Notes: a model not told the origin generated them from the letters alone. 63,394 nt of DNA, filler included, from Octopus bimaculoides (GCF_001194135.2; 12 parts of 9 records of this genome joined end to end with filler, not necessarily neighbours in it), one strand, 5' to 3'; positions 23,271-36,485 are shown, numbered from the whole stretch's first letter. Translations and numbers: made by a program.

Positions 23271-24946
23271 AAAAGAGACAAATTATACAATTTTCGGCCC
23301 ATAACTTTTCCAAATTCAGGATTTTAGATATGGGTAAAAATGAAAGCCTTTGTTAGGGTCGACAATCTTTACTTGGACGATANNNNNNNNNNTAATCGAA
23401 AGTGTTTAGAAAAGAGCTACCAATAAAGAGGAATAGAGTGGAAAGGTGATTAGGAGAGGTGTTTGGTAAAAGTATGGCAACCAACATTCTAGTGTTGAAT
23501 TTGGCCCTTGAGCATTTCTTTAATGAAAAACAAGAAGACTGCGTTGTCAGAGCGAACGTCTCTGCATTAAAACACGAGGGAACAAAAACCCACAATTTGG
23601 CCTTTGGCGNNNNNNNNNNNNNNNNNNNNNNNNNNNNNNNNNNNNNNNNNNNNTTAATTAATTAANNNNNNNNNNNNNNNNNNNNNNNNNNNNNNNNNNN
23701 NNNNNNNNNATATATATATATATAGAACAAGTAGAATGATGAATTTTATTCAACGCATAGATACTGAACAGTATAGATATAAAGGATAAAATCCATTTTT
23801 CTTTTTAAAAGCAGAAAAACTTGTCGGCAGCCAATATATATTTCGTCAGTTTTGAAAGATTTGTAAGGAAGAAAGAAAGAGACAAAAGAGCTTGGTATTG
23901 AGGAGTAGAGTAAATGTCACCTTAGCAGCCATGTTGATTACAGCATCTGAATTATAGCTTTGTCGTTAATTAAAAATAAGAGAAGCCTTAAAAAAAAAAA
24001 TGACTGAAATGTGAGGCAATTGCCAAGAATTTCATTAATTAATTTAAATTGATTTCTTACTTAGCCCCCAAGTTCTGTTGCTTTGCGTTTTCAGATCAAA
24101 TCCTGCTGAAGGTGATATTGAAAATTGCAATTGTTATAGTATCTCCTTTATACTAAGTTTATTAGTAACATGGTAGATTGTAAAATTAATAAAAAAATTG
24201 GAGACAAAGGACAATGTTGTTGTCTTTAGAGACAAGCTCTTACATTCTGAGTTCAAATCCTGTCTGGATTTGACTAAATCTTTTGCTCCTCTTGAGGTAA
24301 TAGTAAAACAACTACCAGTTATATACTGAGGGTTAGATCGATTTAAATGACCCTACACTCTCTCCCTATAAACTCGTGTCCTTGTTTTAATGTTTTTTTC
24401 TTAATTTTTATTTTATTTTAATTATTTAGTTTATTTTAGGAATTTCAGCTACGACCATGCTGGAGCAATATCTGTTTGGTCGTTGCTACATTACAAATAT
24501 CCGTTTCTGGTTGCCAATTTCAAGATCAGTTGTCACCATCATTGACCATCATCATAAGCATCAACATCGTCATAGGCATCAACATCATCGCCACTACCAT
24601 CACCACCACCACCACCACCTTCATCCCCACCATCACCAACATCACAATCCTCATTACGATCCTCCTCCTCCTCCTCCTCCTCATCGTCATCATCATCATC
24701 ATAACCATATTCTTCTCCAATTTCGTCATTGCAAACAGCCATCAAGACCATCACTGCCAACATGATAAACATCATTGACATAATCTTTGCTATCACCATA
24801 ATCGTCATCATCATACTATGAATACAGCCCCTGTTCCTGCACACACACACACACATACACACACACACACATACACATGTAAGCACTTGAATACATACAC
24901 ACTGTGTGTGTATGTGTATTGAAAAACATAACACAGAATCTAGGTT

Positions 24947-24982
<36 letters not shown>

Positions 24983-25356
24983 CAGCAGCAGCAGTAGTAA
25001 TAGTAGTAATAGTAGTAGGAGGAGGAAGAGAAGCAGCAGAGCAGTTTGACAAAGAACTGAACTTTTGAGATGCTACAGATAATTACCTATTAATTTGTAA
25101 TTAGAGGATTTCTTAGTTTTGAAAAAAAAGCAAAAACAAAAACAAAACAACCACTGCTTTGCAGTATTTGTTTTGTCTTAAGTATTTGTGAGTTCAAATT
25201 CCACCAGGGTCACAATTCACAGTTCATCCTTCTGGGGTCATTAAAACAAAGTATCAGTCAGGTACTTGGGTAATTATTCAACTAAGCCACTCTAACCACC
25301 AAAATTTCTGACTTGTGCTTACGCTAAGAACCATTATTATTATTATTATTATTAAT

Positions 25357-25747
25357 GAGTGAGAGAGCAGGGCATGCCATCAAAGTGACACTGGGGTAAA
25401 ATATACGAAGCCCATTATACCCGTCATGACTACCCATCTGACAAGGGTACACCAGGCACATGCATCACAACCATATGTGCGCGACATGGTGATCTCATAT
25501 CAAGATAAACAGCGCATGACCTTGCAGGTGGGGGCCCAGTTAGAATTTTCTTCAGGTCGAGTAGCCCATCCCACTCAAATGGTCCCTGAATAAGGTTTGT
25601 TTAAGGATGTTGAGCAAAACACTCATGTTTCCAAAGGTGAATTATTCAAACCCCAAAGAATTCCTCTCAACACATGACTATGATGTTCCCCCACTACTTC
25701 TGTTCATGATCAGAGATGCACATATCATCAGTCACCAACGGACATGC
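25357..25747 (-). mobile_element. Repeat family D, (TAA)n-tailed retroelement or LINE 3' end
   Basis: Clearly homologous to 38991-39353; abuts (TTA)n at its putative 3' end. Confidence 0.75.
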
Positions 25748-26403
25748 AAGGAATAAGTCCTAGTGCAGATTTGGTCGACTCAAGGCGGTGCTCCAGCATG
25801 GCCACAGTCAAATCACTGAAACAGATAAAAGGAAATAAAACAAAATAAAAGAAAGCCCTCAACATCATTGATCTTGTGCCAAAATTAGAAAGAATAATTA
25901 TTACTGAGCACAGCTAATGAAAAAAATCAGTCGAGCATCAATCTGCACATCATTCACCCATCGTCATGTCCTGAGTTCAAATGTCACTAAGGTTCTAAGG
26001 TTGACTCTGCCTTTCATCCTCTCAGGGTCTATAAAATAAGTACTGGTTGAGCCCAACCAGGGCCAACGTGATTTACTTAACTCCTCCCCTAAAATTGCTG
26101 GGGGGGGGGTCAATATAACTGAGTAGCCCCCCCCATTTTACTCCCACCCCAAATTTTCTTGTTTCATTCCTATTGTACACAGGGTTATGATTATCATTAT
26201 TATTATTAAGAGCAGGTGATTGGAAAATCGGTAGAGCACCAAAACCAACATGCGTTGTGATTGTTAGTTCTGTCTTTTTATGTTCTGAGATCAAATCATA
26301 CCAAGGTTGACTTAAACTTTCATCCTTCTGGTCAAAATACAATAAAATACTTGTCAAGTGCTGCGGGTCATTATTATTATTATTATTATCATTATTATCA
26401 TCA

Positions 26404-26444
<41 letters not shown>

Positions 26445-26975
26445 GTTATTATTATCATCATTATCATTATTATTATTATTATTAGTATTATTAGTATTAT
26501 TATTATTATTGATTATGAGCATTGTGCCTTGTGGTACCCCCTTGCCCTCATAGCAACCCATCGCCCCTGTGGCACCCTGTTGGCTTTGTTGCGACTCTTT
26601 GCAACATAATGGGAATATCAAGGTAACACTGTTATTACTTATTATGTACTTGTTACTATATTTACTGTTGTTGTTGTTGTTGTTGTTATTGTTCATGTTG
26701 TTTTTTTTTCTTGTTGAGGATGTTAAATGGTTCACCAGAAAGTCAGTTTGTACCTGGTTGCATCTTTGTTGCTAGTTCATACCATGCACTTGACGGTAGC
26801 AGTGCTTTGAGCACACACAATGCATTTGACTTCGGCATGATCAAGAGTTCATATCATACATCAAGTTATAGAATTAATCCACACATAAAAGCCTTCAGTT
26901 TACTGTGAAGTTATAAATGCATTTATTAGAAATACATCTTGTAAGTTTATCATATTTTCTAGGCCCACAACCCAC

Positions 26976-27007
<32 letters not shown>

Positions 27008-27012
<5 letters not shown>

Positions 27013-27143
27013 GCATTACTGCACATAAATGCCTCACACTTATTAGGGACTCTTAAAGTCAAAACTATCATATTAAATACACGGTAGTTTTGACTTTAAG
27101 AGTTCCTAATAGCATGAGGCATTTACATGTAGTAATGCCCTTA
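27008..27143. mobile_element. Hairpin MITE-like element (about 60-bp arms)
   Basis: (TA)AGGGCATTACT...AGTAATGCCCT(TA); arms largely complementary, loop about 17 nt. Confidence 0.7.
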
Positions 27144-27448
27144 ATATAAATAAATATATTTGAAGGGAATAATTATAAATTTTTTCATTATGACTACTTG
27201 ATAAATTCTTATAAAGAATTTATCCTATTTTACTCACAAGAAAACTCACGATAAAAACTCAGAGCAACAAGAGACCCACTTGACCAAAATAAAATATCAA
27301 AATTCTCTTCTATGGTATCNNNNNNNNNNNNNNNNNNNNNNNNNNNNNNNNNNNNNNNNNNNNNNNNNNNNNNNNNNNNNNNNNNNNNNNNNNNNNNNNN
27401 NNNNNNNNNNNNNNNNNNNNNNNNNNNNNNNNNNNNNNNNNNNNNNNN

Positions 27449-27510
<62 letters not shown>

Positions 27511-27604
27511 ATGTGTGTATACATATACATATATATATGTGTGTGTGTGTGTATCTATATATATATTCACATATACAATTACACACTCATACACACACAG
27601 GCAC

Positions 27605-27635
<31 letters not shown>

Positions 27636-27794
27636 TCTTCCTCTCCTGTAAACATGAACCCACACATAGATTAAGCACCATACTCTCTAACATGGATGTT
27701 TATTGTTTTCGATTTGTTGTCACGGTTACACAATGTTTTCCTGATGACACTCTGTTACCATGGGTACAAGCCAGTTCTTATTTCTTACGTTACT

Positions 27795-27808
27795 GTTGCC
27801 ACGGCAAC
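27795..27808. promoter_or_regulatory. RFX X-box-like palindrome GTTGCC-AC-GGCAAC
   Basis: Fits GTNRCC-N0-3-RGYAAC; a weaker similar motif GTTACCATGGGTAC lies about 40 bp upstream. No associated gene identified. Confidence 0.3.
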
Positions 27809-28199
27809 AAATTAACTTGATAACATCACTTATAACGATATAATTATCCAGTGTTTCTTTTTTTTTTTTTTGTGTGATGGGACAAGCCCATTGTTTATCT
27901 TCTTTTGTCTTCCAATCTGCAATTGTTACTGCATCAGGCTACATGTGCACGCGTCTGAAACAGCATTCCAATTAGTGTCATAGCTGTTGTTGTTGTTGTT
28001 GTTGAGTTGTGTATTCATTCACTGCCCACACTTATCTCTCAGACTGCTCCCAGATTGGTGAGGGTCACATCCTGCTCCCAACCCAGTTCAGCCTTAATTC
28101 AAGGCAGATCTTACAACCAAGGGCATGTGCACCAACACCACGACCAGCATGTCTTTGTGATCACCATCAGCTCAATCATCCTCATCATGATCATCATGG

Positions 28200-28545
28200 T
28201 CATAATCATCGTCGTTATTGGATCATCGTTAATCTCATGGCCACCATCATCTCCACAACCTCCGCCACCACTACCACCACACCGCTACCACCACTGCTAC
28301 CACCACCCACCCACCCACTCACCAGCAACATCAGCATCACCTCCACGACGACGATGACCACCATTATCATCATCATCATCATCATCAGTATCATCGTCAC
28401 TAACATTATCAGTGTCATCACCAACCCCACTATTATCAGCATCACCCTCCTGCTCCTGCTCCTCCTGCTCCTCCCCCTCATCCCCCTCCTTCTCATCGTC
28501 ATCATCATCCACACTATCATCACCAGCAGCTGCAGTACCACCACC

Positions 28546-28622
<77 letters not shown>

Positions 28623-28623
28623 C
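28200..28623. repeat. Compound trinucleotide repeat (CAC/CAT/CCT/AAC)
   Basis: Seen directly. Confidence 0.9.
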
Positions 28624-29212
28624 NNNNNNNNNNNNNNNNNNNNNNNNNNNNNNNNNNNNNNNNNNNNNNNNNNNNNNNNNNNNNNNNNNNNNNNNNNNNN
28701 NNNNNNNNNNNNNNNNNNNNNNNNNNNNNNNNNNNNNNNNNNNNNNNNNNNNNNNNNNNNNNNNNNNNNNNNNNNNNNNNNNNNNNNNNNNNNNNNNNNN
28801 NNNNNNNNNNNNNNNNNNNNNNNNNNNNNNNNNNNNNNNNNNNNNNNNNNNNNNNNNNNNNNNNNNNNNNNNNNNNNNNNNNNNNNNNNNNNNNNNNNNN
28901 NNNNNNNNNNNNNNNNNNNNNNNNNNNNNNNNNNNNNNNNNNNNNNNNNNNNNNNNNNNNNNNNNNNNNNNNNNNNNNNNNNNNNNNNNNNNNNNNNNNN
29001 NNNNNNNNNNNNNNNNNNNNNNNNNNNNNNNNNNNNNNNNNNNNNNNNNNNNNNNNNNNNNNNNNNNNNNNNNNNNNNNNNNNNNNNNNNNNNNNNNNNN
29101 NNNNNNNNNNNNNNNNNNNNNNNNNNNNNNNNNNNNNNNNNNNNNNNNNNNNNNNNNNNNNNNNNNNNNNNNNNNNNNNNNNNNNNNNNNNNNNNNNNNN
29201 NNNNNNNNNNNN

Positions 29213-29258
<46 letters not shown>

Positions 29259-29632
29259 GTGTGTGTATAATAGACGAAATAATCAGCAAAAAACTGGTGT
29301 ATTTTTCAAAAATTTACACCAACATACACGACATGTGATGCAATCAGAAAAAAAAAAAATGAGTGTGTCACATGAAAAAAAGAAAAAGAAAATAAAAAAG
29401 GAAAAAAAAAATGCTGCATAGTATTGCTGGAAGATATTGTAGAAGAGAATAGCTTAAGAAATTGTAGACACAAAAAGTGTGATTATATATGTGACGTTGG
29501 ATCAACTCATTAGATGACAAAAAGCAAAGAGGAAGAATTTTGGATAGAAATCATCATCATCATCATCATCACCACCACCATCATCATCATCATTATCTTT
29601 ATCATTGTTGTTATAGTTGTCATTATTGTGTA

Positions 29633-29812
29633 ATGTGCACTGGTGTGTTTACGTCTCCATAACCTAGCTGTTCGGCAAAAGAGACCAATAGAATAAGTAC
29701 TAGGCTTACAAAGAATAAGTCCTGGGCTCGATTTGCTTGACTAAAGGCGGTGCTCCAGCATGGCCACAGTCAAATGACTGAAACAAGTAAAAAGAAAAAG
29801 AAAATGAAAGAA
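29633..29812 (+). mobile_element. SINE family B, 3' half
   Basis: Matches 80-240. Confidence 0.78.
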
Positions 29813-29836
29813 ATATATGAGTTGTCTTGACTCTTA

Positions 29837-29891
<55 letters not shown>

Positions 29892-30384
29892 GTTTCCATC
29901 TATCAAATCCACTCACGCATGGCTGTGGTTGGCTTGGGACTATATTAAAAAAAAACATATGTCCAAAGTACAGCACAATGAACTTGAACCTGAGACCACA
30001 ACGCTAGCAAGCAGGCTTCTTAAGCACATAGCTATGCCTGCTCCTATATGTATCATAAAATTTCGCTTACCCTTCTTCTCTCCACATTTTAACTTCAAAC
30101 TCCTCTATGATATTTTTCAATTAATTAGAATCCAAATTTCCAACTAACATATTATCTCAAGCATTCTCTCATATTAATTGGCTTTCTCTACTCTAATTTC
30201 AGTGTTATTGTGCTTTCTCTACCTGGTTGAGTACCAATCTGTATTCTTCAGGTTGGTTTGCTTTGGTTTTGTGTTGTCTGTTGTAGTGGAAGTACTCTCT
30301 TGTTATTGTATGTGTATAGTGCTTAGTGGTGTATGTTTTGTGTAAGTCAGCTAGTATTATTAATGCTAATATATATTGCCTAAA

Positions 30385-30608
30385 AGGTGGCGAGCTGGCA
30401 GAAATGTTAGCACGCCGGGAGAAATGCTTAGTGGTATTTCGTCAGTCTCTATGTTCTGAGTTCAAATTCTGCTGCCGCCAACTTTGCTTTTCACTCTTTC
30501 AGGATCGATAAAATAAATAGCATTTCAGCACTGGGGGGGTCGCTTTAATCAACTTAGTCCCTACCCTAAAAAAACTGAATATGACCTCATGCCAAAATTT
30601 TCAACTAT
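30385..30608 (+). mobile_element. SINE family C
   Basis: ggtggcgagctggcagaa...gagttcaaattc...tcgataaaataa. Confidence 0.75.
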
Positions 30609-31299
30609 TATCATCAGCATCATCATCATCACCACCAGTAGTAGCAGCAGCATTATAAATACATTTTGTTACCATCAAAATTTGGAACTTGATTTGGACA
30701 TTTTCTAATAGAGAGCATTCCTTATCAACTCAGCTAGTTTTAAACTATCATCATCATCATCATCAGAAGCAGCAGCAGCAGCAACAGAATGAATCAACTA
30801 TGAAAACTTGCGCTTGCATCAATCATCGTGATGTATGCGCCGTATGTCGCATCCTGTCAACGCCTCTCCTCACTTCATCATCAGCATCTCTGTCCTTTAT
30901 CTGAATCTTGACCATGTTTTTTTTTTTTTTTGAAAGGAAGCCGCACATTTCAGTTTCTCATCGTTGGTTCCGAAATCCTGGCTTGATCCAAGAAAATCTG
31001 TCCCAAAAAAGCAGCTGTCAGTCAACTCCAGAAATTAGATCCAGATATTTTAGTATGACCTAGTGTGACCTAGTGAATGTGGTTATTCCACCTCCACCTG
31101 AATATATGTAAATTAAGCTTCATTCCAGTGAAATTAATAATTTTTATTCCTATTATTGTAATTATCATATCATTCTACACAATTTTTATAAGTGTCATTT
31201 CATTCATTCCNNNNNNNNNNNNNNNAAATAATAAATCAAAACAAAACAAGCAAAACATTTCCTGTCCCTTTTGTACAATTAACAAGTTCCCTCTTGCAT

Positions 31300-31310
31300 A
31301 CACACACTCA

Positions 31311-31392
<82 letters not shown>

Positions 31393-31616
31393 TAGATATA
31401 CATATGTACATGCACACATATGCATACATGTATACATACATACATGCATACACACACACACACACACTCATATATAGTGTGTGTGTGTGATGTGTGTGTA
31501 TATATATAATAATATATGCATGCATACATATATTTATGCCTACATACACATACATACATATATATGTATATATATACATACATATATATGTGCATACATA
31601 TAAATATATATATATA

Positions 31617-31656
<40 letters not shown>

Positions 31657-31875
31657 TGCATGTATATATATGTATGTGTATGTATGTGTGCGTATATATA
31701 TGTTTGTATGTATATATATGTGTGTGTGTGTGCATATATATGTATGCATGTGTGTGTGTGTGTGCATGTATATACATATGTATATATGTATATGTGTGTG
31801 TGTCTGTGTGTGAATATGTATGTATGTGTGTGCGTGCATATAAAAATGTATGTATATATACATGTGAGCGTGTGA

Positions 31876-31929
<54 letters not shown>
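31300..31929. repeat. (CA)/(TA)/(TATG) compound microsatellite
   Basis: Seen directly. Confidence 0.95.
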
Positions 31930-32029
31930 NNNNNNNNNNNNNNNNNNNNNNNNNNNNNNNNNNNNNNNNNNNNTTAATTAATTAANNNNNNNNNNNNNNN
32001 NNNNNNNNNNNNNNNNNNNNNNNNNNNNN

Positions 32030-32060
<31 letters not shown>

Positions 32061-32068
32061 TTCTCTCG

Positions 32069-32100
<32 letters not shown>

Positions 32101-32239
32101 CGTCTAGTATATCTACATATTTATACATGAATACATATATTCATATATATACACACATTTTTTTATTAGTTTCAGTTCCAGTGATGTGGCCATGTTGGAA
32201 CACCGCCAGCTGGTGTTGCGACACCTTCATTAATCTTTC

Positions 32240-32470
32240 TTTAATAATTGGCGTTTAGTGAATGAGGGGTTTAGATACTACTTCCCTCATTCTCACTTCC
32301 TATCGTGAAGTTGGCTCAGCTGGCATTCTTGGCAGGAGAAGAACAAGTTTAGTTTTGAAGACGTCTACATCTACGACATATAGGTCCCTCATCTCCTTCG
32401 GGAGGATATTCAAGAGCTGTGCGCCTTTGAACCCAAAGCTATTGCAAGATCTAGTTCTGTATTTTGACAG
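32240..32470 (-). mobile_element. LINE RT C-terminal fragment (Jockey/CR1/L2 group)
   Basis: NSFGFKGAQLLNILPKEMRDL...VFKTKL...PAEP fits the F..RG..L.N.LP...R...FK..LD C-terminal pattern. Confidence 0.65.
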
Positions 32471-32499
32471 CACTGTACATATATATACATATATGTATT

Positions 32500-32870
32500 T
32501 ACTATTCTTAAACAATATTATTGACAGTGACTTCAAAGTTTCGACCACTTAGGCCATCTTCGGACTAGTATTGAATCTAGTATTGGCTTTATATAGCCTC
32601 TGTTGAGTTAAAATATTCTTTGGGCATATGAGTGTGACTGAAGTGGTAGTTGGGCTTTAAGGCGAGGTGGTATGGAGAGGCGTTTTGGAGAATTTTTTAT
32701 AGATTAGTTTTGTGGTTATCTTATGGCTTAGAATTTGTTCATGTATGTAGAAATTTGTAAGCGTATGTGAATAATTAGGTGTGTCGCTTTCGGTATGTAG
32801 GTATAGGATGTGTTGCTAGTTTTAGTTATTTTGGGTTTCATTGGATTTAATGCTTTGTTTTGACAATGTA
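32500..32870 (-). mobile_element. Penelope-like element terminal (pLTR-like) relic with a hammerhead fold
   Basis: AC-rich minus strand, TATATAAAG, then a hammerhead-like motif at 32567-32525 and AATAA. PLE assignment is inferred from this layout. Confidence 0.55.
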
Positions 32871-33548
32871 AAGGTCAAAGGTTCAAAGTTTAGCCCAGTA
32901 TTTAAAACTTGGCAACTTTTTTAAATGGATTTTTTTTTTTTTTTTGGTGGGGGTCATAAAAGAATGTAAGTAGGTGGTACGCATGAGCTGGTCAACATCT
33001 TTACTTCTTGTTGTTATTTACAGTATTTCCAGTTTCCATTTGGAAGGTGGAAGCTATCAGTCAGGCACGNNNNNNNNNNNNNNNNNNNNNNNNNNNNNNN
33101 NNNNNNNNNNNNNNNNNNNNNNNNNNNNNNNNNNNNNNNNNNNNNNNNNNNNNNNNNNNNNNNNNNNNNNNNNNNNNNNNNNNNNNNNNNNNNNNNNNNN
33201 NNNNNNNNNNNNNNNNNNNNNNNNNNNNNNNNNNNNNNNNNNNNNNNNNNNNNNNNNNNNNNNNNNNNNNNNNNNNNNNNNNNNNNNNNNNNNNNNNNNN
33301 NNNNNNNNNNNNNNNNNNNNNNNNNNNNNNNNNNNNNNNNNNNNNNNNNNNNNNNNNNNNNNNNNNNNNNNNNNNNNNNNNNNNNNNNNNNNNNNNNNNN
33401 NNNNNNNNNNNNNNNNNNNNNNNNNNNNNNNNNNNNNNNNNNNNNNNNNNNNNNNNNNNNNNNNNNNNNNNNNNNNNNNNNNNNNNNNNNNNNNNNNNNN
33501 NNNNNNNNNNNNNNNNNNNNNNNNNNNNNNNNNNNNNNNNNNNNNNNN

Positions 33549-33594
<46 letters not shown>

Positions 33595-34000
33595 GCATAC
33601 ATACATATACATATATAGGCTTTGGACGACAGTAACTGAGCCGAAACTGCGAAGTTATTGACAACATTTCTCGTTAAAGTAAGTGTGATGCCCTACTTAA
33701 ATGTAATGAGTGTTGCTTCAGTTCATGCTTGACGTTATCTGTTTATATATGAAGCAGACACGTACGCACATACACACATTCAGATACACACATATATGTA
33801 TGTATGTATGTGTGTATGTATGTGTGTATGTATGTATGCATGTATGTATGTATTATGTAGTTATGTATGTATGTATGCATGCATAGATAAGTATATATAT
33901 NNNNNNNNNNNNNNNNNNNNNNNNNNNNNNNNNNNNNNNNNNNNTTAATTAATTAANNNNNNNNNNNNNNNNNNNNNNNNNNNNNNNNNNNNNNNNNNNN

Positions 34001-34038
<38 letters not shown>

Positions 34039-35558
34039 TATATATTCTTTTACTATATATATATATATACTTAAAAACCAAGAAGAGAATGGAAATTTAT
34101 TTATTCACATCAAAAACTTTTTTTATTAATGATGATGATAAATTGTTTCTTTTTATTACATTAATAAAATAATATTTTTCTTAATATTTAAGATATTCTA
34201 TCCTAAATTGCCAAAACTCCATTCAAGTATGCCAACATTATTTTGCACTTTATTTATATTAGGGATCATTTCTATTTTCACAACTTTTTTACTGTTTATA
34301 TAACACTGTGAGTGGATTTATCTCTTGCTTACACTACTGTTTCAGACTTACATTTTACTTACAGTACTGAATTATGTCACAGATAATACTTATTTAATCT
34401 CTATATCGCAATCAGTAATTGATAGTCAAAGCTTATCACCCACATTTTATTAAACATTGCTGACTTGCCAGAATACACTTTTTGTGTCATTATTATATTA
34501 TACAACAAAGGTGATGAGTTGGCAGGATTGTAAGCACGCCAGGTGAAATGCTTAGCTAAGCCTTCGTCGAATGGTTAAGCTGTTCAGTTCATAAATACGA
34601 GGTCCCATGTTCAACTCTATTGTTAATCTTAGGCAAACGACATATTTTCTTTTGCTTCAGGTCAATGCTATAGAAAATGAGTGAGAAAGTGAGCAGACAG
34701 GGGCAAGACTTCCACCTGTCCCCCACAAAAACCACCCAATTAAAAAACTTCTTTTTCTTTTTTTTTTTTTTGCGACACAAACCCCCGCTTTTCAGCTATG
34801 GAGAATACGGATCTGCAAAAAAATTGGCAAAAATCGGCATTTTTAAATTACCACCCCACCCCCATTTCCTTCATTTTTTTACTTTTTTCAGAATTTTGTT
34901 TTCAAAATATGCGGAAAAATATGGAGATTGTGATTCTGAAANNNNNNNNNNNNNNNNNNNNNNNNNNNNNNNNNNNNNNNNNNNNNNNNNNNNNNNNNNN
35001 NNNNNNNNNNNNNNNNNNNNNNNNNNNNNNNNNNNNNNNNNNNNNNNNNNNNNNNNNNNNNNNNNNNNNNNNNNNNNNNNNNNNNNNNNNNNNNNNNNNN
35101 NNNNNNNNNNNNNNNNNNNNNNNNNNNNNNNNNNNNNNNNNNNNNNNNNNNNNNNNNNNNNNNNNNNNNNNNNNNNNNNNNNNNNNNNNNNNNNNNNNNN
35201 NNNNNNNGGGGGGGGGCGGAAGTCTTTCCAAAGCAAGTAGTTAAAAAACCCGCCAGGAAGTTTGTAGAAGTATTTCAAAAAGGAACGGTCTTGGTCACAC
35301 GCTGTATCGCGCTTATTACAATTGATAATAAACTTTCAGCTCAGTCAAGCGTAACTTTAAGAGAAGCAGCAACACCACTACTATCATCGTTCATCACTTG
35401 ACTTGTCATTGATTAATTCCTTCATTAATTATTATATATGTCTATCGTCATGTACTTGAAACAACAACAACAACAAAAGTGATATGCAAAAGATAACAGA
35501 GGTGTGAACTGAGAAGATCCTCTCACAGTTCATTCGACAAAGCCACAATTATTACTGA

Positions 35559-35970
35559 ATGACGTGGCATTTAAACATGGCGATGCAGATAAAACCTTCA
35601 GTTTTAATTTGCTTACGGACTGTAAATAATACTAAGTTGAGGAGCAATTTAACTGAAACATGTTTAAGTCGCCTGAGAAATCATTTTCAAGTTAATTTTC
35701 TGGACGATATCCAACAGAATCCGAACATAAAGAAAGACATTGTTGGCATTGTTACACCGGGTCCCGATTCGAACGTCATAAACAGATTAATAACAACTCT
35801 TCCAAATCTAAGAGTAATTTCAAACCATGGAATGGGAGTGGATCATCTTGATCTAAAATGGGCTAAAGAAAAAGGGTTGCGAGTTGGAAACACTAGATAT
35901 GTTGTTTCTGACAGTACAGCAGAACTTGCTATAACTTTAATACTAGTTGTGACACGGAAAATAGTTCAAG
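35559..35970 (+). CDS. D-isomer-specific 2-hydroxyacid dehydrogenase (glyoxylate/hydroxypyruvate reductase-like), coding exon 1
   Basis: Encodes ...LPNLRVISNHGMGVDHLDLKWAKEKGLRVGNTRYVVSDSTAELAITLILVVTRKIVQ, the typical 2-hydroxyacid dehydrogenase substrate-binding segment. Donor CAAG|GTAAGT at 35970/35971, phase 1. The start may instead be ATG 35577 (aacATGG, better Kozak context). Confidence 0.9.
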
Positions 35971-36078
35971 GTAAGTTATGTCATTCAAGGTAGATAATTC
36001 TAAACTTAAAGAATTATTTCCCTTTAAATCTTAAGAAAATATTCTTTGCTCGAATTTCTTTTCGTTATGCGATGCTGT

Positions 36079-36180
36079 GGAGGCGCAATGGCCCAGTGGT
36101 TAGGGCAGCGGACTCGCGGTCATAGGATCACGGTTTCGATTCCCAGACCGGGCGATGTGAGTGTTTATTGAGCAAAAACA
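36079..36180 (+). mobile_element. SINE family A head only (intron 1)
   Basis: tRNA-like A/B box head matching family A, after which the sequence diverges. Confidence 0.75.
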
Positions 36181-36485
36181 TGCAGCATGCAGATGCAAGA
36201 GCTACCAGTTGAAAGCTCTGCATACTGGATACCAGCAGGTTTATGGGGTCATCAGGAGAGAATGCGTGCCGTTTCGGTGACTACTTCTTGACGGCATCAT
36301 TGCGGACCGGCACCCCGCTTCACTGAAATGAGGCCCTGCCTGCTAGATTAACTGGTCATCAAATTTAGCTCAATATTCTTCTAGCTATTGCTCATTGTCT
36401 CTTTTTAACCAGATCCAGCGGCTTGCTTTTTCCATAGTTGTTTGTATATCACTCATGGTGGTATTTGTTTTACGATGTATTAAGT

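Noticed and set aside
23393-23609. Exact 217-bp copy of 22727-22943
   Set aside because: Identical and bracketed by gaps on both sides; most likely an assembly duplication rather than a tandem repeat.
27200-27224. Perfect 11-bp AT-rich hairpin
   Set aside because: Short and low-complexity; expected by chance in AT-rich DNA.
30218-30256. Possible third hammerhead on the minus strand (CTGAAGA...GTACTC-AACCAGGTA)
   Set aside because: Lacks the GAAA core G and has no stem I; too degenerate to call.
33625-33675. Hammerhead-like ...GGACGA...CCGAAACTGCGAAGTT
   Set aside because: Two core mismatches and no consistent stem I or stem II.
36250-36300. GAAA and CTGATGA on the minus strand
   Set aside because: Only 16 nt separate them, too little for the two helices a type II hammerhead needs.
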